A stretch of DNA of 35,487 nucleotides from Candidatus Bathyarchaeota archaeon. GTDB taxonomy: Archaea; Thermoproteota; Bathyarchaeia; Bathyarchaeales; Bathycorpusculaceae. The DNA is taken from NCBI GenBank assembly GCA_963777155.1, contig CAVZPM010000022.1, positions 1 through 35,487 on the forward strand. Direction: 5' to 3'. A program made the translations under genes and the position numbers. The notes beneath the pieces were generated by a model that was given only the letters and a program-made list of their open reading frames with translations, made no database searches and was not told the DNA's origin. Positions 28,461 to 35,487 of this stretch are shown here, in pieces (position 1 is the stretch's first letter; the number at the start of each line of letters is the position of its first letter).

Positions 28461-29498
28461 TTAAATCGGCATAAACCAGAACAACCGCACAAGCACGATG
28501 ACTGCTACACAGAGTATTCCCCACAATACAATCGTAACATCCCGAATTCGCAAAGCACCCAGGATTTTGTCTCCCGTCAAAGGTTCTTGAGCATCGCCTA
28601 GGATGTACTGTCCTGGTTTTTCAAGCTGTATGCGAAGTGCACCTGCTACTGCCGCCATCGGCCAACCATGGTTCCGGCTTGGAGTTTTTTTGTGGTCTCG
28701 ACGTGCGATTCTCCATGCGTTTCTCGCGTCCATGCGTAAAAATGCGGCGGCCACAATCATCAGCAAAGTTGTTAACCTTGTGGGAATGTAGTTTACGATG
28801 TTGTCGAGGTTTGCACTAAACCAGCCCGTGTTGATGTGTTCTTTAGTCTTGAAGCCCACCATGCCGTCTAACGTGTTTATTGCCCTAAACGCAAATGCGC
28901 CAGTTACCCCGAACAGGGCAAATGACATCATGGGTGAGAGTTTGAAGTCGATTAGGTTTTCTGACATGGATTCGATGACTGCACTACCCATCTGAGCGCC
29001 ATTCAGGTCTTTGGATTCCCGGCGTGAGAAGTGGCTGTATTTTTTTGCTTCAGGAAGGTTGCTTTCATCGATGGCTTTGGCAGCGGCTTTTGCCCAGTTG
29101 GTCTCAAGTTTGATACATATTGTCATTTTTAATAGGATTACGGCGATGAAACCGTATACGATTATGTTGATGTAGAATGGTACGTATTTGTATATTGCCC
29201 ATAGCCCGAAGAAAATTGGAAGCGCAAAAGCGGCAATCACTGTTAAACCAAGCAGAACACCGAGGGCTTTTTCTGTTCTAGAGTTGGAATTTTTGAAGGC
29301 GGGCTCTATTTTCTTGGTGAATTTACCCATTAAAACAGTTGGGTGTAGTTTGAAGACCCATCTGTCGGGGTTGTTTGGTGAGGGGTCCCCAAGAACCAAA
29401 TCTAGCAAAATGGCTAAAACTAGAATTACGATGGAAACCAACGTGTTTATGAGGCTTAGTTCCAAGATGACCCAAACTTGCTTTTTGAGATACTTCAA
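28461..29498 (-). CDS. cbiB: Adenosylcobinamide-phosphate synthase CbiB/CobD
   Basis: LDLVLGDP, HP, IESMSEN, RAINTLDGMVG, A.LD..VNYIPTRL, S.N.GWPMAA.AGAL..QL. Confidence 0.93.
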   Translation of the reverse strand: MKYLKKQVWVILELSLINTLVSIVILVLAILLDLVLGDPSPNNPDRWVFKLHPTVLMGKFTKKIEPAFKNSNSRTEKALGVLLGLTVIAAFALPIFFGLWAIYKYVPFYINIIVYGFIAVILLKMTICIKLETNWAKAAAKAIDESNLPEAKKYSHFSRRESKDLNGAQMGSAVIESMSENLIDFKLSPMMSFALFGVTGAFAFRAINTLDGMVGFKTKEHINTGWFSANLDNIVNYIPTRLTTLLMIVAAAFLRMDARNAWRIARRDHKKTPSRNHGWPMAAVAGALRIQLEKPGQYILGDAQEPLTGDKILGALRIRDVTIVLWGILCVAVIVLVRLFWFMPI

Positions 29499-29675
29499 GT
29501 AATCAGTTAATATCGATTACGGTCACCAAACCAAAAGCACGGTTCTAGAAGATGTCGGAACCAAGTTAAACTCCTTAATCCATCGCATTTTTCATAACAA
29601 GCAATAGGTAAACTGTTATATCCATCTAAAAAAAGGAGCCGCGAAACCTGCTCTAATGAAAACAAAAACTTTCGA

Positions 29676-30653
29676 TTAAAATGTGGATATGTGTTGCTGT
29701 GGTGTTGGCCAGCTGTCGGGGATTTTTCTGGCGCTGGCTTCAATTTTTGTCATGCCGCAAACCTTGGCAATTTGATCCTGCATATCAAACGAGTGTGCCA
29801 TATCTCTTATCATCGCGGCTACATGGAGATCGAAGTCGCCACTAGTTTTTGTTATAATGACAACATCTGGTATTTTTGCTAACAAATCAACAACGGGTCC
29901 TGTTACGCAAGAAGCCGTAAAGGCTATGTTGAAATCCAGTATCGAACTGTATCCAATTATGTTTGGATTTATCTGCGTTGAAATTTTTATGGCGCCATAA
30001 TCTCGAAGTTTATTGTACCTTTTAACTACAGTATCTGTTGACAAGCCTATTTCTTTGGCAATAGTTGAAAATGATACGCGCCCATTTAGAGTTAATTTCT
30101 GAACTATTTGTCTATCTATCTCGTCAATTTTTATTGAATCGTTTATTTTAGTTGTAGTTTGACTTGTTTTTTCTGGGACCTCTTGGCTATTTTTGGTTTC
30201 GTTTGTTAAGTTCATGTTTTCAGGTATGTTCTTTACTCCAGCCCAAATGTAAGTTTTTATCCCTAGAGTTGGCAAATTTCGTTTAATTAGGTGCTTTACA
30301 TGGTCTAACTCTTTTAGATCCCATAGAGTCGCCACTGCCCTAACATTATAAACGCTATTATATTGCCTATATGCACGCACCTCAGTTATTTTCTTGGTAA
30401 CTTCCATAACCTGGTCCATTTGCTGTGCTTCTGCGCTTATGAGCATAGTTGCAAGTGCTGCGTACCCAAAATATCCAAAGTTCATCTGTACGGTGGCACC
30501 TTTAATGATGCCTTTCTTCTCCATGGATTTGCAGCGTTTCCAGATTTTATTTTCTGGTTCCCCGCATTCTCTTGCTATCGAATCGTAACCTATCCGCCCA
30601 TTCTTTAATAATATTTTCAGGATTCTTGAATCAAGTTCGCTTATTTTGGGCAA
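29676..30653 (-). CDS. Tandem (double) Lrp/AsnC family regulator
   Basis: Two HTH plus ligand-binding units (LDSRILKIL..NGR; IDEIDRQIV..L..NGRVSF..IAKEIGLS), TSGDFDL. Confidence 0.9.
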   Translation of the reverse strand: MPKISELDSRILKILLKNGRIGYDSIARECGEPENKIWKRCKSMEKKGIIKGATVQMNFGYFGYAALATMLISAEAQQMDQVMEVTKKITEVRAYRQYNSVYNVRAVATLWDLKELDHVKHLIKRNLPTLGIKTYIWAGVKNIPENMNLTNETKNSQEVPEKTSQTTTKINDSIKIDEIDRQIVQKLTLNGRVSFSTIAKEIGLSTDTVVKRYNKLRDYGAIKISTQINPNIIGYSSILDFNIAFTASCVTGPVVDLLAKIPDVVIITKTSGDFDLHVAAMIRDMAHSFDMQDQIAKVCGMTKIEASARKIPDSWPTPQQHISTF

Positions 30654-30791
30654 CTTTTTTCCCTTTATTCCTACTTTTTGTTATGTATTCAAATTTAAGA
30701 TTTCTCTTCTTTCTCTTAACTATTTCAGTCAAAATATCTAACATTTATTATATTATGGCGAAATTGAATGAATTGCCTTTTAACAAACTCG

Positions 30792-31805
30792 TCAAAAAGT
30801 TGAAATATATTGGCGGGGGCTGGGCCATTTCTTCCACTCTTCGTTTATTCTTGAAATTTCCTGTTCAATTTTTCTTATTCCTGAAATCTTTCCAATCTGC
30901 TCTTGAATGTAAAGCAATTGACCTATGTCCTGAACCATTGCATATATTTGTAGGTCACAGTCTCCAGATGTCTTCATAATGCTTATGATGTTTGGTATTC
31001 TGCTGACTTTTTCAACAATCAAATTTGGCTTTTCATTGGAAGTAGTAGCAAAAAAAATACACATCGCTTGGTATCCGATTCTACTAAGATTAATTTGAAT
31101 TGTTACTTTTAGTGCGCCTTTTTTCTTCAGCTTTTCATATCTTCTTTTTGCTGTGTCAGGCGAGATTCCTATTTCCTTAGCCAGAACATCCATTTGAATT
31201 CGACCGTTCTCAGCCAATTTATCTGCTATTTTTTGATCGATTTCATCGATAATTGCAGTTTGAGTGTCTTTTTCATTTCTCTTAATTTCATGATTCTCTG
31301 TTATTGTGTCTTTCAGATCTCGCTTGACTAATGCCAGATTCTGGTTCATTTCTTTTACATCTGTCCAGATTGCTGTTTTCATTTCCAAAACTGGAAAATT
31401 ATTTTTTATTGAATCCTTAACCACGTTCAGCTGTTCAAGCGTTTTAAGGATCACTACTACGTCCACAGTTCCTTTTACTTCCTTATTGAAGGCAGAATAT
31501 ACCTCTGGCTTTTTTTGTAGGTATTCGACAAGTTTGTCTGCTTGCTGGGCGTCCAAGTAGATTAACATGTGTGCAACTGCTTTGTAACCAAAACTTTTGT
31601 AGTTAATGTGAATTGTAGCACCAGTAATAACTCCAATTGCTTCCAATTGTTGATAATTTTTCTTAACGACTTCTTTAGTTAGACCTAGTTTTTTCGCAAT
31701 TTCTGTGTCAGTTTTGCGTCCATCCGCTATTAATTCTTTAAGAATTTTTGCTTGAACTTCTGTAACTTGCCCAGTTAAGATTGATACCCCTTGTTGAGCA
31801 TTCAT
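30792..31805 (-). CDS. Tandem (double) Lrp/AsnC family regulator
   Basis: KILKELIADGRKT.TEIAKKLG; IDEIDQKIA..L..NGR; TSGDCDL; the tail WPSPRQYISTF is shared with the neighbour. Confidence 0.9.
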   Translation of the reverse strand: MNAQQGVSILTGQVTEVQAKILKELIADGRKTDTEIAKKLGLTKEVVKKNYQQLEAIGVITGATIHINYKSFGYKAVAHMLIYLDAQQADKLVEYLQKKPEVYSAFNKEVKGTVDVVVILKTLEQLNVVKDSIKNNFPVLEMKTAIWTDVKEMNQNLALVKRDLKDTITENHEIKRNEKDTQTAIIDEIDQKIADKLAENGRIQMDVLAKEIGISPDTAKRRYEKLKKKGALKVTIQINLSRIGYQAMCIFFATTSNEKPNLIVEKVSRIPNIISIMKTSGDCDLQIYAMVQDIGQLLYIQEQIGKISGIRKIEQEISRINEEWKKWPSPRQYISTF

Positions 31806-32012
31806 GGTTTTTTGCTATAATTAATATTGTGGTGTATTTAGTCTTTTACATGGACTGTTTCATATCAGGAATCTTGAAGTAACAAGATAATATTGCCATT
31901 TGTCAAATAAAAAAGCAATATTATCGATTAAATCCAAGTTTTTTATAAAGTTTTATATACGAAGGAAGCCCGATTCTTTTCATTAGAAAGAGAAAGAAAA
32001 GTCTGCGATAGA

Positions 32013-32135
32013 TGGAGATGTGGGGCTGAGTAGGCTTTGGTAACTATTAACGAAATAGCCAATAGTTAAAAGAAGAGCTTTGCATTTGCTCTTTTTCTCC
32101 TTAAACCAGAGCCTCAGCAAACCCTAACATTTCTA
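32013..32135 (+). ncRNA. Candidate structured RNA (multi-stem junction), family unassigned
   Basis: Nested complementary segments with G-U pairs enclose two internal hairpins; see findings. Confidence 0.4.
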
Positions 32136-32271
32136 ACCGTTGCCGGGAGTCTTATTTGCCAAAAAGGTAATGCTTCGATGTAAACCCAAATCTATGAGAT
32201 TCGCTCGTTTCGTTCGACTATGTTGGTGCTACAAAAATGATATATGCATCTGAGGGAACTACAAGGAATTC

Positions 32272-33504
32272 ATGAGCAGGCAACCTAACGGGGTTAATGA
32301 GCGTCTAAGGACCTTGTTGTTGCCTACTTTAGTTTTATGCACTTTTGTTGGATTTACGATAACCGCTTTTCTTAGCACGCTCCTTGTGGATCTTGCAGAA
32401 TCTTTTAACGTTTCAATCGGAACAGCGAGTGAACTTGTACTGATCAGTAGCCTAACAGGCCTAATCGTTGGAGTGGTTATGAGTGCAATTTCCATTAAAT
32501 TCAAACATAGGTCTCTATTTCTCATCGGAATATCAGTTTTTGCGATTGGGACATTTGGTTTCTTCTTGGCACAGACCTTTGTCATACTTGTTTTTAGCCA
32601 ATTTCTGGTTGCAGCAGGCTCTACAATTATCTCAATCATGACTTATGCCTTGATTGGGGATCAGTTTCCATTGGAGAAAAGAGGCTGGGCTATCGGTCTG
32701 CTCGTTTCAGGCGGAATGGCTGCGTTCATTATTGTTGCGCCCTTGTCCGGGCTAATTGCAGGCTTAGCAGGATGGCGGTCAGTGCTCTCCTGGTTCATAA
32801 TACCCCTTTCAATAGTCTGCGTGGCTCTGAGTTTAATTTGTATTCCTTCGAATCAGCCCAAATTAGACCCTTCAAGCCAATCTCTCTATGTGCAAGCATA
32901 CAAACGCATTTTTCTTTGCAAATCAACAGTTGCTTGTCTCATGGGTACAACGCTTGTTTCGTTCATAAGTGTCGTTCCTATGTACGCTGTATCCTTTTAC
33001 AGAACTGCTGATTCTGTTTCCCCGATTGTAGGCGGTGTTTTTTCCTCAATCGCTGGTGCAGGAGCGTTTGTCGGGGGGATAGTTGGAGGGAGATTAGTTA
33101 ATAGGTTTGGCAGAAAGTCACTAGCTGTTACATTTTACTTCGTTTCAGGCGTTACGTGTATTCTTTTCACTTTCATTCCAATAATTGGTGTTTCGGTGGC
33201 TATATGGGCTCTGGCAGCTGCCACGGGAACCTTGGGAATGGCTGGTCTAACCAGCTTAACACTGGAACAGGTTCCAACATTTAGGGCATCGATGATGTCG
33301 ATTAGCGGATCCTTCCAAAATGTAGGAATGGCTTTAGGGGCAATTATTGGCGGATTAGTGCTAAATTACTTTCATAACAACTTTCAACTTCTAATGACTG
33401 TTCTCGGGTCGCTTGGAGCTTCCGCCGCCATAGTGCTCTTTCTTTTCACAAATGACCCATACAAAGCGGGTCTCCGAGCAAAAAACCCAAAGCCTGATTC
33501 ATAA
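32272..33504 (+). CDS. MFS transporter (DHA1/AraJ-like)
   Basis: 410 aa, about 12 TM segments, P.EKRG.A.G, GWR, GRL.NRFGRK. Confidence 0.92.
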   Translation: MSRQPNGVNERLRTLLLPTLVLCTFVGFTITAFLSTLLVDLAESFNVSIGTASELVLISSLTGLIVGVVMSAISIKFKHRSLFLIGISVFAIGTFGFFLAQTFVILVFSQFLVAAGSTIISIMTYALIGDQFPLEKRGWAIGLLVSGGMAAFIIVAPLSGLIAGLAGWRSVLSWFIIPLSIVCVALSLICIPSNQPKLDPSSQSLYVQAYKRIFLCKSTVACLMGTTLVSFISVVPMYAVSFYRTADSVSPIVGGVFSSIAGAGAFVGGIVGGRLVNRFGRKSLAVTFYFVSGVTCILFTFIPIIGVSVAIWALAAATGTLGMAGLTSLTLEQVPTFRASMMSISGSFQNVGMALGAIIGGLVLNYFHNNFQLLMTVLGSLGASAAIVLFLFTNDPYKAGLRAKNPKPDS

Positions 33505-33585
33505 TAATTTGTTGAAATTACCCTATGGATTTGGGCTCGGATTTTTATTTATGTACTCGCTATTTAGTGAAGGACTGATGCCTGC

Positions 33586-34017
33586 TTGGCTGAACAAGAA
33601 CTGAATTCAACGTTGTTTCAAACTTATGTGTTTCTTGTAAAGACTGGGAAACCTGTTGGTCCCAGGGATTTGATGCGTGGAGCCAACCTGAGCAGTCCAA
33701 GCGTTGCCTACCGTAACCTGCAGAGACTAATGGATTTGGGTTTAGTTGCCAAAGACGAGTACGGCAACTACATTGTTAAGAAAAAGGTCGCTATGAGTGG
33801 ATATGTTTGGGTTGGAAAAACCCTCATCCCAAGCTTCGCCGTTTACGGCTTTATTTTTCTAGGCGTTTTAATAGCAGAAATTCTCGTATTGATCCCTCAT
33901 ATGCTAAAAGGTTCTGCCATAGAGGAGTCATTCTGGCTTTTAACGGTAGTTACTGTTGTTTCTGCAGCAGTTTTTCTGATTGAAGCATGGCGGTTTAGGA
34001 AAAAGTCAAAACATTAA
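33586..34017 (+). CDS. Membrane-tethered winged-helix protein (HTH plus 2 TM)
   Basis: GKPVGPRDLMRGANLSSPSVAYRNLQRL; clear paralog of 5006..5479. Confidence 0.82.
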   Translation: MAEQELNSTLFQTYVFLVKTGKPVGPRDLMRGANLSSPSVAYRNLQRLMDLGLVAKDEYGNYIVKKKVAMSGYVWVGKTLIPSFAVYGFIFLGVLIAEILVLIPHMLKGSAIEESFWLLTVVTVVSAAVFLIEAWRFRKKSKH

Positions 34018-34047
34018 CTTACTCGCTTTTTTGTGGTTCAAAGCTAT

Positions 34048-35106
34048 TTATGGCCAATATTTGGGCGCGATAGCCTCGCTGTCGATTAGTGAAGGAAACA
34101 GGTTAAGGGGCCAAGCTGGTGGCAGCATAGTCAAATGGACCGTTATCGACTCTACTCCGGCTATTTTTCTGATTTTTATATTGGCATCAAACATCTGTTC
34201 AAAATCCTCAAGGACAAGTCCACAATACAAATCATAGCTGCCGATTAGCCTAATGATAACTATTAGGTTTGGGATTTCAAGTATTTGAGTGTAAATTTCA
34301 TTCATTTTGCTACGGTTGGAGATTTTTAAGTACAGGTTTGCAAAAGCTTTGTATCCCAATTTGGAGAGGTCAACAGTTATGCTGGAAGAAGTGAACAAGT
34401 TATTTCTTAGTTTTTTGTACCTTTGAATTATAGTCTTACTTGAAACATTCAGTTCTGTGGCAATTTTATTGAAGGGTGTGCGTGCATTTATGGAAAGAAT
34501 TTTTGCAATCTTTTTATCAATTTCGTCTAGCGCAATAACTGGTCGTTCTTGATGATTGTTTATCAAGACTTTTCTGTCTTGTCGGTTATTTTCCTTTAAC
34601 GGTTTGATGATTAAGTTTTCTGGGTATTCTATGTTTGCTGCCTTCGCCCAGATTAATGCATCTACATGTTTAATGCAACTGTTAGCTTCCATCTCCTCGA
34701 TAATATCGTGCAACTTTTTGAGGTTTCGTATAGCTACTTTGCCAAGGAAGTTGTAATTGCCACATGGACCGACTAATCCAGCAATGTAAGGTTTGGTTTC
34801 GAGGAATTTTGTTACTTCTTTGTCATCTTCAATCGCGTTCGTTATGCATAGATCAACAATGTGTTGGTATCCCAAGCAGTGAGGGTTAATGAGCATTACT
34901 TCGCCGTTTATTACGCCTTCTTTCCATAGCCGTTTGTAACGTATTCTAACGGCTGTGACGGTAATTTTGCAGGCGGCAGCGATATCGGTGAAACTGGTGC
35001 GGGATTCCAATAAGAGTATCTTTAGTATTTTTGCATCAATTTCATCGATTTTCACTTTAGTTGCCAAAGTTACCTTGACCTCTACAAAACTTGGAATCTT
35101 AACCAT
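34048..35106 (-). CDS. Tandem (double) Lrp/AsnC family regulator
   Basis: IDEIDAKIL..L..ESRTSFTDIA and LDEIDKKIA..L..NARTPF..IA; G.YDL; late WP motif. Confidence 0.9.
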   Translation of the reverse strand: MVKIPSFVEVKVTLATKVKIDEIDAKILKILLLESRTSFTDIAAACKITVTAVRIRYKRLWKEGVINGEVMLINPHCLGYQHIVDLCITNAIEDDKEVTKFLETKPYIAGLVGPCGNYNFLGKVAIRNLKKLHDIIEEMEANSCIKHVDALIWAKAANIEYPENLIIKPLKENNRQDRKVLINNHQERPVIALDEIDKKIAKILSINARTPFNKIATELNVSSKTIIQRYKKLRNNLFTSSSITVDLSKLGYKAFANLYLKISNRSKMNEIYTQILEIPNLIVIIRLIGSYDLYCGLVLEDFEQMFDANIKIRKIAGVESITVHLTMLPPAWPLNLFPSLIDSEAIAPKYWP

Positions 35107-35312
35107 GCAAAACGTGATGCTTTATTTAAGATTTTTCAAATCTATTGAGAAAAATTATGTTTAGTGTATCTCTGTATTTGCCTGTTTAAGGTCTATTATC
35201 TGAATAATAAATAAAATAGTTTGTCCAATCTTCGTTCATTTTACAAATTCTGGCAACGGACTTTCCCTACGATGTTTTTTCTCGCAAATTCGATATGTGA
35301 GCAGTTGTTTTT

Positions 35313-35486
35313 CTATTTTCTCCTAAGTTTTAATTTTACATCTGAAATTAGGTTGGCAGCGAAAATCAACGCTGTAGATAACTTGAACCTTCTTTTCTTC
35401 TCAAAGAGAAATGCAGCGCGCAGGTAGTAATGGTGGAACGCACCTTCTCTTAGTTTACCCAGGTCTTTCATACTTAGCCACGGTGT
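35313..35486 (-). CDS. 3' end of a gene entering from the right edge, probably another cobalamin-binding radical SAM protein
   Basis: Not in the ORF track. Translation TPWLSMKDLGKLREGAFHHYYLRAAFL...KLKLRRK* resembles IPNMTMQELTQIREQAFQSFYLSPRYF of 19183..20595. Confidence 0.7.
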   Translation of the reverse strand, partial: TPWLSMKDLGKLREGAFHHYYLRAAFLFEKKRRFKLSTALIFAANLISDVKLKLRRK

Positions 35487-35487
35487 C

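Noticed and set aside
30572-30979. 135-aa plus-strand ORF
   Set aside because: It is antisense to two Lrp genes, spans their AT-rich spacer, and has the Phe/Leu-rich composition typical of spurious frames.

Overview
Archaeal chromosomal window. The GPN-loop GTPase, tandem Lrp/AsnC regulators, membrane-anchored PQQ-type beta-propeller and gene style suggest Bathyarchaeia, which is an inference. Most of the window is a dense radical-SAM island: six full-length or near-full-length cobalamin-binding (class B) radical SAM genes, the 3' end of a probable seventh at the right edge, two radical SAM/SPASM genes and one HemN-like gene. Interleaved with them are genes that could supply cofactors, electrons or substrate: a bacterial-type metK (missing from the ORF track), cbiB/cobD, two DUF71/Dph6-like ATP-dependent amide ligases, an orphan rnfD-rnfC pair without rnfG/E/A/B, two near-identical ECF S-component-like membrane proteins, a YtcJ-like amidohydrolase with altered metal ligands, and an MFS transporter. 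Two membrane-tethered winged-helix regulators and three double-Lrp regulators are also present. Two genes carry apparent +1 frameshifts near their 3' ends. A multi-stem candidate RNA lies upstream of the MFS gene. I saw no rRNA, tRNA, CRISPR array, transposase or convincing RiPP precursor. All family calls come from motif recognition by eye, and the product of the island cannot be determined from sequence alone.
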